A stretch of 64,000 nt of DNA from Octopus vulgaris (lineage: Eukaryota). The position numbers and the translations under genes are program-made. The DNA is taken from assembly GCA_951406725.2 (NCBI GenBank), contig OX597827.1, positions 32,364,001 through 32,428,000 of the forward strand, in the 5' to 3' direction. Below, one piece after another: positions 12,435 through 26,587 of this stretch. The notes under the pieces are model-generated. The model did not search any database. It saw only the letters and a program-made list of their open reading frames with translations, and had not been told where the DNA came from. Within the stretch, counting starts at the first letter, position 1; each line of letters starts with the position of its first letter.

Positions 12435-12650
12435 GTTCAAATTTATAGAAAAACAAAGACGAAGACAGGTGTAGGAATAAAAGGAAATATATTAGTTTAA
12501 CGCTCGGGAAAATGGAAATGGCTTTTAAGTTTCGAGCCTACGCTCTTCGACGGAAAGAATTAAAAGGAAAGTGAGGAGAGAGAATGAAAGAAAACGAAGG
12601 GTGAGAAAATATTTTGTAAGGATTAACGGTTCACCATGACGAAAAATGAT
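12435..12650 (-). mobile_element. PLE 3' tail fragment with degenerate hammerhead (12521-12558)
   Basis: Homologous to 42241-42450 (AAAACAAAGACGAAGACAGGTG..TTTCGAGCCTACGCTCTTC). Confidence 0.75.
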
Positions 12651-12791
12651 ATATATACAAATATATATATATATTTGTATATATATACACATGCACGCAC
12701 GCATGCACGCACACACACACATGCACACACACACACACATATACCACAGCAACATACCTGTCTATGATGGTCTATGAGGAAAGAGAGAGGG

Positions 12792-12880
<89 letters not shown>

Positions 12881-13604
12881 GTTTGGAATTTAAGCTTCTT
12901 GAACAAGAACTCGGACCTTCACTCCACTGCGATTTAAAAGTAACGGAGTAGCATAAAACATATATTAGCAAAGAAGTTATATGACCAGGCAAATCGAAAT
13001 ACGATAGGCAAACAGTACATTCAGATTTGATTGTCTAAAAACAAACGCATCACATATTTATCCATTGACATGTTATTTATGGAACATATGTTCTGCACAT
13101 GACAAAATAATGCCATAAATTTTCGAAATTTCATACATAGAATATATACACTCACTTCCATTTATATACACTTATAGTATTTGTATCATTATTCCCCGAA
13201 TTTAACCACAAACTTCTATGATACAATAAAGAATTCAATTTGTGTGTGTGTGATGTGTGTATGTGTGTGTGTGTGTGTGTGTGTCTACATGTGTGTATGT
13301 GTGTGTCCATATGCGTTTGTGTATAAGCATATACTATATAAGTAAATGTGCTGATAGATAGATAGGCATATGTGTATGTGTATATATGTATACCCATATA
13401 TATATGTGTATATATACACATATATATGTATGTATATAAATTTGTGTTCATAGTTGTTTGTAACTTGCAAGCACTAGCACCGTACATCTAGCGCCCTCTT
13501 TCGAACAAGCTTGTTTACACAACCGCTCGTTATCGTTAATTATTCACTGTGTAGTTGCTTCAGGTTGCTGCGTTCGTTTCGTGTCTGAACACTTCGAGAA
13601 AACC

Positions 13605-14165
<561 letters not shown>

Positions 14166-14428
14166 CCAATCATAAGTGTTATACACATCGTCCTCTCAAA
14201 CATACAATTTAAGCTGTGTATAAACAAGGGGTTTGAATGATTAGGCAAAATGATATAATTTAGAGTCTATCAATGTACATGCGCGCGCACACACACATAC
14301 GCATGCACACACATACGCACATATACGCGCACACACACTCACACATGCACAAACACAGATAAAAATATGCGTATGTGTACATTTGTATGCATATTGCACA
14401 TATATATATATATACATATACATATATG

Positions 14429-14466
<38 letters not shown>

Positions 14467-14953
14467 TGCATGTGTGTTTGTAGGTATATATATATATATA
14501 TATACATACATATGGAGAGACGCAACGCTTAAGTCTGTGTGTGTGTGTAACCTACTCCAGGGTTACAATTTATGTCTGAAGCTTTTAATACCAATATAAT
14601 TATGATCCAATATGTACGTTCAAAATTTGACATTAACTGTGTGATTCGAGGTTTTAAATATACATACACACTCTTATATACGCACATACTAATATACACG
14701 TGCACATGCGCGTTACGCATCTTGATCTTTAATCTAGGAGACAGGAACTCAACCAGAAAGTACTCAATACCTTAAAGACTGCACAATTAATGATTTTGTA
14801 GTCTTTGATGTAACTCGTGAAGTGGTCGAGCAGACTGAGGTGTTGGTTTTAGGAACATGGTTTCGAAACTGATCATTATCCGTTTTTTTTGTTTTCTTTT
14901 TCTTTTTCGTACATGTTTGCCTGAGATGACACAATCACACAAGCAGCAAACTT

Positions 14954-15026
<73 letters not shown>

Positions 15027-15168
15027 AACCAATATCCTTGGTTATTTCATTGATGCTTCCGAAAACACTTGTACTAGAGGCTGCTCTGGGCATAAAAGCG
15101 GTGCTGAGGTAGGTGTAATTCGGAACATACTGGGTGAGATAAGAGATGGAACAAACGAATACAAATAA

Positions 15169-15585
15169 GGCGGCGAGCTGGCAGAAACGTTAGCACGCTG
15201 GGCGAAATGCTTAGCAGTATTTCGTCTGCCGCTACGTTCTGAGTTCAAATTCCGCCGAGGTCGACTTTGCCTTTCATCCTTTCGGAGTCGATTAAATAAG
15301 TACCAGTTACGCACTGGGGTCGATATAATCGACTTAATTCGTTTGTCTGTCCTTGTTTGTCCTCTCTGTGTTTAGCCCCTTGTGGGTAGTAAAGAAATAA
15401 GAAACGTTAGCATGGTGGGCAAAATTCTTAGCAGTATTTCGTCTGTCTTTACATTTTGAGTTCAAATTCCGCCGAGGTCGACTTTCCCTTTCATCCTTTC
15501 AGGGTTGATCAATTAAGTACCAGTTGCGTACTAAGGTCGATCTAATTGACTGGCCCCCTCCCCAAAAGTATAGAAGAGTAGAAAA
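15169..15585 (+). mobile_element. two tandem family B SINEs
   Basis: GGCGGCGAGCTGGCAGAAACGTTAGC head, GAGTTCAAATTCCGCCGAGGTCGACTTTGCCTTTCATCC; second unit restarts at about 15401. Confidence 0.9.
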
Positions 15586-15679
15586 AAAGTGGGGGGAAGG
15601 AATATTTCAGGCGAAGAAATCCGTCAAATTGTTTTCAGTTTTTGCTACTTGGCCATCAGTTTTGCCGGAGGTGCATAAG

Positions 15680-15792
15680 TCACTTACATCAAAAGAATGA
15701 AAGACAAAGTTGACGTCGGCGGAATTTGACCTCAAAACGTAAAGACGGGCGATATACTGCTAAACATTCTGCTCGGTGTACTAACGTTTCCG
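15680..15792 (-). mobile_element. family B SINE fragment
   Basis: Reverse complement of the family B head. Confidence 0.7.
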
Positions 15793-15795
15793 TTA

Positions 15796-17384
15796 ACCTT
15801 GACCAGCAGAATATCATAAAAGAGTTAGACCCAGCGTAGAGCTACAAATACCTAGGGATACTTGAAGGGGACGGAATTAGGCATTCAGTGATGAAGGAAA
15901 GGATCAGGAGAGAATGTTATCGCAGAGTAAGAGCAATACTCAAGACAGAGCTGAATGCGAGAAACAGGGTCGAAGCGATCAATGCTTTAATCATACCAGT
16001 TGTGACTTACAGTTTCAATATCGTTAACTGGTCAATTACTGAAATATCTAATCTTGACAGAAAAATACAAAAACTGTTGACAATACATAGAATGCACTAC
16101 CAGATATAGAACGACTTTAGCTGCCAAGAAAAGAGGGAGGCCGTGGACTTTTACAACTGGCAATAACAATGAAGATTGCTACAATTGGCCTAGACAACTA
16201 CCTGAAAAACTCTGAGGACCGGATGTTAAAACTTGTCTCAAAACATGAAAATAAGAAAGCATCATACTCGGTAACAAAACAGGCAAAGGAATATATAAGT
16301 GAATTCCAAATACAACAAATTTCGGAATTAGACACACAAGAAACAAGCGTAGAAAAAGCTAAGCGCATGAAAACCCGTGCTAAAACTGCTGCCTTAGATA
16401 TTCTGAATGATAAATGGCAAGAAAAACCTCTAAATGGCAAATACCCAAAGAGAGTGAATAATGCAGATGTTGACAAAGCCCTGACCCACCAATGGTTAAT
16501 GACCTCTGGCTTCAAATCTGAAACAGAAGGGTTTATCATAGCAGCTCAAGATCAATGCCTACCTATAAGGAACTACCAGGCCAACATATTAAAGAACGGC
16601 AGTAGCCCAACATGTCGTGTATGTCAACAGCAAAATGAAACCATTGATCATGTTGTCTCCAAGTGCAGTCTTCTAGTGCCTACAGAGTATCTCAACAGGC
16701 ATGATAGAGCTGCACAATATATTCAGTGGGTAATTTGCAAAAACCTGGACTTACACCATGATAAAAACTGGTGAGAACACAAACCACCTCCAGTGCTTGA
16801 AAATGATTACATCTCACTCCTCTGGAACTTTCCCATTCAAACTGACAGAAAGATAGATGCAAGTAGGCCAGACATCATATTGAAAGACTTCAGACAAAAA
16901 ACATGCCTCCTCATTGATATGACTGTCCCAATCGATATAAACGTATCTGTGAAGACCTACCAAAAACAGAGCAAATATAAAGATCTTGAAATAGAAATCA
17001 GCAAATTGTGGAACCTGAAGACTAAAACAATACCTGTTGTCATAGGTGCCCTGGGAATGATAGCAAAAGGGGCTGATCGCTACCTAACTCAGATACCAGG
17101 AAACCCCAAATTGGCAGAAATTCAAAAGATAGTGCTCATGGGAACTACTCATATCCTACGCAAAATACTTTCTATGTAATCTCAAGTTTTAAAACAAACA
17201 TAATTTTCGGGGGTTTTTTCGGGTTTTTTTTTTTAGGCATTCACTTGCACAACACTAAATACAAAACCAAATATATGGCACACTAGGCATAGCAACATCA
17301 CGAACTTCCAGCCTGTTGTCTCTTGAGGTCTCTGGGTGAGACTTGGAGCCAACTTGTACAAATATAAAGCAAAAGTCAAACATA

Positions 17385-17385
<1 letters not shown>
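15796..17385 (+). mobile_element. 5'-truncated R4/Dong-clade non-LTR retrotransposon (RT C-terminus plus restriction-like endonuclease)
   Basis: YKYLG, RRGGRG-like motif, ETEGFIIAAQDQ, CRVC..ETIDHVVSKC, RHD, RPDII..LIDMTVP..KYKDL, PVVIGALG; stops and frameshifts; ends in (AAT)n. Confidence 0.92.
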
Positions 17386-17449
<64 letters not shown>

Positions 17450-17476
17450 GCAGCAACAACAACAACAACAATAATC

Positions 17477-17696
17477 CTTTTTATTATAGGCTCAAGACCA
17501 ACAATTTCAGAGGCGGGAGGGAAGTCGAGTACATCGATCACGGTTCACGGTGCTCGGCTGGTATTTATCCTATGGATGTCCGGAAGGATGAAAGGCAAAG
17601 TCGAATTCAGCGGAATTTGAACTCAGAATGTAGTAACGGGTGAAATGTTGCTAAATATTTTGCTCGGCGTGCAAACGATTCTGCCAGCTGGTCGCC
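17477..17696 (-). mobile_element. family B SINE
   Basis: GGATGAAAGGCAAAGTCG..GGAATTTGAACTCAG reverse motifs. Confidence 0.8.
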
Positions 17697-17789
17697 TGAC
17701 AGAAATCATACTAGAGGGGCGAAGCGGCGTGCGACTAAAGCAGTGAGTTTGAGAAGCCAATGCCTAGGAGCAGTTTATTTTTCTTTTAT

Positions 17790-18400
17790 TTGCTGCGTAT
17801 GGAGGAAGGAACAGGGCTCACAGCGCTTGAAGGTTTCCCGAGATTAGCGAGATTGATGCCGTATGGAGTATATTCCATGAGCAGGGAGTGTGCTCCAGAA
17901 GAGGGAGAAGAGGATGTTTGATGGAAAAAGGGGGAATGGCGTTTAATGCGAGGAGAGTGGGATGAACGCAACAAGAATGAGGAGAAGTGGAGAGAGGAGT
18001 TGGCTGAGAGTTTCTGAGCGGTGGACATGTGAGACCAATCAGATCCAAGGCATAAAGACTATTATAGTAGTGATAGAATAGACAGAGAGAGAGAGAGAAC
18101 AGCTCGACAATGGACCAGAGGCTGGAGTATGTCTGTCAATGATAGAATGCCAATTAATTGAGGAAGACAAATGAGTGGAGAATGCTATCATTCTAAATGT
18201 TATAAGAAATAGATTCAGCTGGGTTGTGACTCTTCTTCAAAGCGTTGTACGACATACTTCTATATTCGATGATAGAGGATGTATGATACTGATAATCATT
18301 ATTTCCTCTGGTACCAACGGTTTCCTACTGACAGTGATCATCATTTTTTCAGATGGGATTGAATGGCATTGCCCCATTAATGCTTTAGTTGTGCAAAACA
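17790..18400 (-). pseudogene. decayed CR1-group LINE 3' end
   Basis: Minus-strand translation LQPLVHCRA..SL.LFYHYY and ..WNIL, resembling CR1/L2-group ORF2 C-termini. Confidence 0.55.
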
Positions 18401-18620
18401 AGATTACGTATAGTGTGATAGATTGGTTTCAAATTTTGGCCCGCGGTCGCGGTCTCAAAGCGACGAAAATATTTTGACAAATTAAATTGAAATGTTGAAG
18501 TGAATCTAACGGTTTTGTTTGTTTCTTAAATGGCTTATAAACATCTTCCACGCTGCAATTGTTTTCGTTCTAGCACACGATCTCAGATCAGGTCACTTGC
18601 TATGCAAGTACATCTCCGTA

Positions 18621-18694
<74 letters not shown>

Positions 18695-18709
18695 ATATGT
18701 ATATGTATA

Positions 18710-18905
18710 TATTTGTGTGTCTGCGTTTGCCCCCCCCCGCTTGACAACCGATGTTGGTGTGTTTATGTCCCCGTAACTTAGCGGTTCGGCAATAAGTACT
18801 AGGCTTACAAAGAATATGCCCTGGGGTCGATTTGTTCGACTAAACCCTTATAAGGTGGTGCTCCAGCATAGCCGCAGTCAAATGACTGAAACAAATATAA
18901 GAAAA
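18710..18905 (+). mobile_element. family A SINE 3' half
   Basis: CCCCGTAACTTAGCGGTTCGGC..GGTGCTCCAGCAT..GACTGAAACAA. Confidence 0.85.
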
Positions 18906-18914
18906 AAAGAATAT

Positions 18915-18952
<38 letters not shown>

Positions 18953-19453
18953 CTGTGTCTGTGTCTGTCTGTGTCTGTGTGTGTGTATGTGTGTGCATAT
19001 ATACGATGCCTATTTAAATATGCAAGGCAACCCGATAAAACAGTGATTATGATTAATAAACTCATTGAGTCAGTAAGATTTATAAAGAGATAACATTATC
19101 CCCTTCATATTACGATTAGGGAAGAGGCTATTTATATTTAGATATAAGCAACGGCATGAATGTACCACATAGTCACTGTACATTTTGTGTGTGTGTGTGT
19201 AAATACACTACATGGTTGTGACGAACTAATAATGCGAACTAATAATTTGATAGATGTAGAAGCAACAGCGTTATCTAATCAAATATTTTATGATGTCAAA
19301 CAAAGAGAACATATTATGATGTTGAACTAATTGGAAAACGAAGCGGAGTGGGGGTGGATGGGGACGCACAAACGACGAATACATTGGAACGGAATGTAAA
19401 TGAAAATATATATTATCATAGAATGAAATTTGAAGTAGATTAAAATGAAGTAG

Positions 19454-19480
19454 AAATAATAATAATAATAATGAAGTAGA

Positions 19481-19547
<67 letters not shown>

Positions 19548-19658
19548 GTGTACCCTTATCAGACGGGTAGTCATGATGGGTATACTGGGCTTCGTATATT
19601 TTACCCCAGTGTCACTTTGATGGCATGCTCTGCTCGCTCACTCAATAATAATAATAAC

Positions 19659-19704
<46 letters not shown>

Positions 19705-19962
19705 TTAATAATAATAATAATAACAACAACAACAACAACAATAATAATAATAATGATAATGTTAATGATAATAATAATAATAACAATAATAATAATAACA
19801 ACAACAACAATAATAATAATAATAATGATAATGTTAATGATAATAATAATAATAATAACAATAATAATAGCAACAACAACAATAATAATAATGATAATAA
19901 TAATAATAATGATAATAATAATGATAATAATAATAATAATAACAGTAACAATAATAATAATA
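19454..19962. repeat. (AAT)n/(AAC)n trinucleotide arrays
   Basis: Tandem arrays; source of the poly-N/I/L ORFs. Confidence 0.95.
19547..19643 (+). mobile_element. 5'-truncated copy of AAT-associated element X
   Basis: Matches the 3' end of 21321-21813; ends CTCACTC then (AAT)n. Confidence 0.8.
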
Positions 19963-20398
19963 AGAGAAATTAAGGCCAACAGACCAGATATAGTTGTCAG
20001 AGATCATGAAGAAAAAAAATGCTTTTTAATTGATGTATCAATACCGGCAGATGACAACGTGTCTCTTAAAGAAATGGAGAAACTCTCAAAATACAAAGAC
20101 CTGGAAATAGAGGTAACTAGAATGTGGAATCTGAAAACAGAAACAATTCCTATCATAGTAGGTGCATTAGGCATGATAAAAAAATATTCAGACAAATACA
20201 TAACAAAAACACCAGGACTTACAAACACATATAACATACAGAAAATTGCACTACTAGGCACTGCCCACATCCTACGCAGAACACTTTCCATACAATAACC
20301 ATCAGAGCATCACAACAAATCACAGCACATACCCAAGGCACACAGAGCTGCGCTCGGTAGTGAAGTGAAAGCACGCTATAAAAATAAAAATAAAACTA

Positions 20399-20401
<3 letters not shown>
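19963..20401 (+). mobile_element. R4/Dong-clade 3' fragment (RLE domain)
   Basis: NRPDIVV..LIDVSIP..KLSKYKDLE..PIIVGALG..LGTAHILR; flanked by (AAT)n. Confidence 0.92.
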
Positions 20402-20448
<47 letters not shown>

Positions 20449-20458
20449 CAACAACAAC

Positions 20459-20499
<41 letters not shown>

Positions 20500-21304
20500 G
20501 GATCTTTTCCTTTTGAATGGCAGTTTTCAACACAATTTCTAGTTAACTAAACACTTTTAAACTTCGTATACTGGTAGAATGTGTCAAAATAAAACATTTT
20601 TTCTCTTGGCTTTCTTGAGAAAATTGTAATTTGTAAGTTTAATGCAGTTTAATTTTTCGAATTTTAACCAATCAATGGCCTTTATTGAGCTAAAATCATT
20701 TGCTGCGTCTAAAACTGAGACAACATCCTGTCACTAACCCTAACCCTAACCCTAACCCTAAATGTTAGCCTTTGGTTTTTTTCCCCATTTTTTTCTATTA
20801 ATTTAATTGTTACGCATGTGTCTAAAATTATTCGTTTTGTTTTTAAGTTTTTGTTTTGAGATACACGTGTATTGTTTAAACTATTTTCCATTGCTTTCGT
20901 TTTAGCCTCTCTTTTTTTTTTCTTACTTGTTAAATTAATTTAAGGATAACAATTAAGAGAAAAAAAAACGAAAGGCTAAAATGAAAGCAATGGAAAATAA
21001 TTTAAACAATTAACAAACAAAATAATTCTATAATTTTATACACACGTTTTCCGTACGTATACATAACAGTGACAAGATGTTATCTCAGTTTTAGACGCAG
21101 CAAATGATTTTAGCTCAATAGAGGCCATTGACTGGTTAAAATTCGAAAAATTAAACTACGTTAAACTTACAAATTACAATTTTCTCAAGAAAGCCAAGAG
21201 AAAAAAATATTTTATTTTGACACATTCTACCAGTATGCGAAGTTTAAAAGTGTTTAGTTAACTGGAAATTGTGTTGAAAACTGCCGTTCAAAAGGAAAAG
21301 ATCC
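20500..21304. mobile_element. palindromic MITE related to 8400-9230 with (CCCTAA)n
   Basis: GGATCTTTTCC..GGCAGTTTT / AAAACTGCCGTTCAAAAGGAAAAGATCC termini; AATAATAA on both sides. Confidence 0.85.
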
Positions 21305-21320
21305 AATAATAATAATAAAT

Positions 21321-21813
21321 GCCCTGATGCAGTACCAGGCAGTGGCTCTCAAGATGGGCTACAGCAAATATTCCGCTCAATACCACAGATTTGCTTGTCA
21401 GTTGTTTGACCTTAACCAGTTGACCATGTCTCTTAGTGGTTGACGATATGTGCATCTCTGATCACTAGCAGAAGTAGTGGGGGAGCATCATAGCCATGTG
21501 TTGAGAGGGATTATTTGGGGTTTGAATAGTTCACCCCTGGAAACATGGGTGTTTCGTTCAACATCCTTAAGCAACCCTTATTCAGGGACCTTTTGAGCGG
21601 GATGGGATATTTGACCAGAAGAAAATTCTAACTGGGCCCCACCTCCAAGGTCATGTGCTGTTTATCTTGATATGAGATCACCATGTCGCGCACATATGGC
21701 TATGATGCATGTGCCTAGTGTACCCATATCAGACGGGTAGTCATGATGGGTATACTGGACTTCGTATATTTTACCGCAGTGTCACTTTGATGGCATGCAC
21801 TGCTCTCTCACTC
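21321..21813 (+). mobile_element. non-coding AAT-associated element X (non-autonomous retroelement or LINE 3' UTR)
   Basis: Embedded in (AAT)n; shares its 3' end with 19547-19643; no convincing ORF. Confidence 0.7.
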
Positions 21814-21814
21814 A

Positions 21815-21887
<73 letters not shown>

Positions 21888-21889
<2 letters not shown>

Positions 21890-22246
21890 CAATAACAGCA
21901 GATGACAACGTGTCTATAAAAGAAATGGAGGAACTTTCAAAATACAAAGACTTGGAAATAGAGGTAACTCGAATGTGGAATCTAAAAACAGAAATAATTC
22001 CTATTATAGTGGGCACAATAGGTATGATAAAAAAATATTCAGACAAATACACAACAAAAACACCAGGACTTACAAATATATATAATATAGAAAAAATTGC
22101 ACTACTGGGCACTGCACACATCCTACGCAAAACAATTTCAATACAGAAAAAACAAGAGCATCACAACAAACCACAGCAGATACGAAAGACACACAGAGCT
22201 GCGCTCGGTAGTGAAGTAAAAGCACGCTATAAAAATAAAACTACTG
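21888..22246 (+). mobile_element. R4/Dong-clade 3' fragment
   Basis: Homologous to 20040-20401 with a different 5' truncation; flanked by (AAT)n. Confidence 0.9.
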
Positions 22247-22249
22247 AAT

Positions 22250-22348
<99 letters not shown>

Positions 22349-23002
22349 TCGAACTACAATCAGAAGAATAATAGAATTTACGCTTGTATAGCGAAGTAGA
22401 GTTGATAGATTTGTAAAACGTTTAATCTTTACAATTGGAGAAGGTCGAAGAACAGATTGTAATAATTTTAACTAAACTAAAATGAAAGCATAAAATAAAA
22501 ACATGCTGAAGTATAAATTGATGATTTTAAAGGGAAACTGCACATTACAAATTCAATAATTGAATAAATATAATTAATGGTAGGATGTTAATTGAGTGTA
22601 AGGTTAAATAAATAATTTAATGAATTTAATAAACACTTCAATTCTACTCGATTTTAAGTTGTGGGTATATCAGCTACTCTTGTATACACTCCGTGTTTGA
22701 TCGTTATTGAATTGTAAAGCCATAATAATTACAAGACTCATTGCTGTTTATTGGGAGGAAGGGTTGTTGTTAGCGAATGGGGCTTTCGTAATGGAAGAGG
22801 ATTGTATTATAGAATGTAAATATTACAGAGTATAAAAATATATAGATGACCTGCACTAATTTATGCGGTAATTGCATTATAAACTATATCGAAATGTAAG
22901 TGGTTGTGAATGTTTTAGTGTTTGCAAGAGGAGACCAATTCTAAAAGTAGATGAAGTCCCTGAAATTTTTGAAAATAGAATTTCTTAGCATTCTGACATT
23001 CT

Positions 23003-23363
23003 CTCTCTACTTGTTTCAGTCATTTGACTGCAGCCATGCTGGAGCACCGCCTTTAGTCGAGCAAATCGACCCCAGGACTTATTCTATCGGTCACTTTTGC
23101 CGAACAGCTAGGTTACGGAGGCGTAACCACACCACCATCGGTTGTCAAGCGATGTTGGTGGGAGACACAATATACAAGCATATACATACACATACATATA
23201 TAGATATACATATATACGACGGGCTTCTTTCAGTTTTCCGTTTACCAAATCCACTCACAAGGCTATAGTAGAATTCACTTGCCCAGTGTGCCACGCAGTG
23301 GGAATGAACCCGGAACCGTGTAACTGGTAAGCAAGCTACTTACCACACAGCCACTCCTGCGCC
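23003..23363 (-). mobile_element. family A SINE
   Basis: Reverse complement GGCGCAGGAGTGGCTGTGTGGTAAG head to GACTGAAACAAGT tail. Confidence 0.9.
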
Positions 23364-23413
23364 TACATTGGTACAGTAACAAATCATCTCATTCTAAATA
23401 TAAGGTTTTGAGA

Positions 23414-23835
23414 TGGCGGCGAGCTGGCAGAAACGTCAGCGTGCCGGGCGAAATGCTTAGCGGCATTTCGTCTGTATTTACGTTCTGAGTTCAAATTCCA
23501 CCGAGGTCGACTTTGCCTGTCATCCTTTCGAGGTCGATAAATTAGGTACCAGTTGCGTACTGGCGTCGATCTAATTGACTGGCCTCTTCCCCAAAAATTT
23601 CGGGCCTGGTGTCCAGAGTAGAAAAGAATATTTAAAGGCGGCGAACTGGCAGAAACGTTAATACGCCGGGCGAAATGCTTAGTAGCATTCCGTCTGTCTT
23701 TATGTTCTGAGTTCAAATTCCGCAGAGATCGACTTTGCCTTTCGTCCTTTCGGGGTCGCTAAATTAAGTCTATCTAATCGACTAGGGTCGATGTAATTGA
23801 CTGGGTCCCCTCCCCCAATATTTCGGGCCTTGGGC
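23414..23835 (+). mobile_element. two tandem family B SINEs
   Basis: Heads at 23414 and 23637. Confidence 0.9.
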
Positions 23836-23959
23836 TTGGATTCGAAAATAACGTAAGTTTTTGCGAATGATAGAATTTTACATTTGATATCAACTTCCAA
23901 ATGTAGATCGATTGTGATATATCAGCTTTTCTGTTTTGGTTCATGAAAGCTCACAGATC

Positions 23960-24345
23960 TTTTATCTGCTACTGGCTTCAGTAACTGGATGGTAGCCATG
24001 TTGGAGCATCACCTTCAAGGTTTTTATTCAAATAAATTGACTCCAGTGCTTAAGTCTGGAACTTATTCGATCTGTCTCTTTTGACGAACTGCGAACCGTT
24101 AAGTTATGGAGTTATGAATAAACTAACACCGGTTGGCAAACGATAATGAGAGACAAACATTAACACACACACGTATGTATGTATGTGTGTTACGGGTTTC
24201 AACAGTTTCCGTTTCAAATTCTCCTATAAGGCATTGGATGCCACGGGGCTATAGTAGGAGACACTTGCCCAAGGTACTGAGCTGTGAGACTGAACACAAG
24301 ACCACGTGGCTGGAAAGCAAGCTTCTTAACCCCACAGCTACTCCT
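23960..24345 (-). mobile_element. family A SINE, degenerate
   Basis: ACACTTGCCCAAGG core; GAGCATCACC tail. Confidence 0.7.
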
Positions 24346-24444
24346 AACGCTTCCAGATCTCTGACAATTCCGAAGATCCACCGCCCTTTCGAGACCATTA
24401 ATCAGTAAAGGTTAAGAAATTGAAAGATAATATGCAACGATGTC

Positions 24445-24800
24445 TGGCTAAGAGTTTCACTTTGCAACCACGTAGTTTCCGGTTCTGTGCCACAGCGCGG
24501 CGTACTGAGCGAGTGGCTCCAGCAATAGCTCCAGGCTAACCAATGAGTGAACATAGTTGGCGGAAAATGTGTGGAATCCCATCGTATATGTATGTGTGTT
24601 TTTGTGTTTGTGTTTGTGGTTGTGTCTATGTAACTGCGTTTGTTGACATCCACATAATGTAACGGTTCGGCTAAAGACACCGATCGAATAAGAACCATAT
24701 TTTAGAATAATAAGCATTGGTATAGATTTGTTCGATTCGGCCTATCAAGGCATTGCTCCAGCATGACTGCAGTCTAATGACTGAAACAGGTAAACGAATA
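24445..24800 (+). mobile_element. family A SINE, degenerate
   Basis: GCAACCACGTAGTTTCCGGTTC head; AACGGTTCGGC; GCTCCAGCATGACTGCAGTC tail. Confidence 0.7.
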
Positions 24801-24879
24801 AGCGAATGAAATTGTTTATTATTAATATGGTAAAAAGATGACGGAAAATATAACATGCCCAAGAGGTAAAAATAAAATA

Positions 24880-25215
24880 AAATAAATGTGGAGTTGGTAT
24901 TAGTTTAAGAAATGGAGAAAAATTGAAGGAATCTTTAACGTTTTGAGAATTCACACTTCTTCTGAAAGATAGCGTAGAAATGGAAAGGAAAAAAATGGAG
25001 AAAGAAAATTAGAGAAACAGAAACATATGTGTCCAGCCGTCATGGCATAGGAAACACACATGATGGCTGAGCGCACGTACACTGAAATTTTTGTTCTCTG
25101 TTCTATTTTCTCCATCTCTATCATATCATTCTGAAGAAGAGTGAATATTCGAAACGTTAAAAAATTTCCTTCCTTTTATCTTTCTCATTTCCTGAGCGTT
25201 AATTTAATATCAACT
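24880..25215. mobile_element. head-to-head pair of PLE tails with two hammerhead motifs
   Basis: Hammerhead-like 25126-25163 (+) CTGAAGA..GAAACGTT and 24932-24969 (-); central hairpin CAGCCGTCATG/CATGATGGCTG. Confidence 0.65.
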
Positions 25216-26214
25216 CTGTGTTTATTTTTTACCTTGCCACTGCCTGTATTTTTCGTAATATTTACATATGTGATATACGCTCACATGATCATTCCAATTT
25301 GATCCTTCTCACACTGAATTCTCAACCACTCTTGGACGATCTTACCCTCTCAAGAACTACCTCTGCACTGGATTTCCAGCTCTGGTTAGATTCTCGCCTT
25401 CTCGAGGACTACCTTCCCAGGATTTCACTGTACACTACTGTTGATTTATTACCTCTGGTTTTAAATCCCCTGCTATACTACATAGCTTTTATTACTAGTG
25501 TCTGGTCACCTTTTAATATTATTCTTCATCACATTAAAAATTTTCTTTTGGATTAGTACTAGTTGGTTTAATTGGCCTACATTTTGAGTTATAAGTAAGG
25601 TTTCTTTGTGGTCATTAAGTGTGAAATACGTCACACACTAAACTAGAAAGTTTAGCCTAATTCCAGGTTCATTTCTGGGTTATATTTTTTTGTTTCAGGG
25701 TATGTATGTATGTATGTATGTATGTATGTATGTATGTATGTATGTATGTATGTATGTATGTATGTATGTGCATAAGTCATTTTCTAGTTCTTAATGATGG
25801 TCCGTTAAGCGGTTGTAGATGTGCTATTTTCTACTTCATGTAGGTTATAGAGGTTTTTTTATTGGAGAAAATAAAGCTATATCTTTGATTACTTTGAAAC
25901 TCTTAATGTCAGAGATAAGTTTATTTTGAAAGGTGTTAGAAGCAGACTTGCAGCAGTGTACGTCAGCCATCTTGTTAGAAATCGCTTGTGATTAGTCCTG
26001 TCTTTAATGTGTATGAGTGTATGTGTGTATGAGTATGTATCCAAGTATGTTAATATATGCATATATACATATATGTATGCATACGTGTATGTATGTATGT
26101 ATGTATGTATGTATGTGTGTGTGTATGTATGTATGTATGTATGTATGTATGTATGTATGTATGTATGTATGTATGTGTGTATGTATGTTTTCTTTGTCTT
26201 TTTTAATTTAGAGC

Positions 26215-26470
26215 AAATTTTGATCGGCCACCTACTTTGGTAGCATGATTGTGAAGGAAAGCGCATCTATTTCTGTTCATCGCTCTTTAAATCTTAAAAT
26301 CTTACAGATTTTTGTAGTCCCAGATATCGCTATCATTTGTAGTGTAAGAATTAAGGACTTGTGTTCTCTTCCCGTGAACCCAAGTTCAGCTATAATTTGC
26401 TCCAGATGGGTTCGTATATATTCTGTTGCTTCAACAATAATAGGTATGAAACAGAAAGTGCATCTTGGGA
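26215..26470 (-). mobile_element. 3' fragment of another RLE-type non-LTR element
   Basis: FIPIIVEATEYI..LQMIAISGTTKICK resembles RLE C-termini; flanked by (TATG)n. Confidence 0.6.
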
Positions 26471-26503
<33 letters not shown>

Positions 26504-26587
26504 TGTATGTATGTATGTATGTATGTATGTATGTTTGTTTGTATGTATGTACGAATCTAAGTATATATGCATGTATGTATGTAAATG

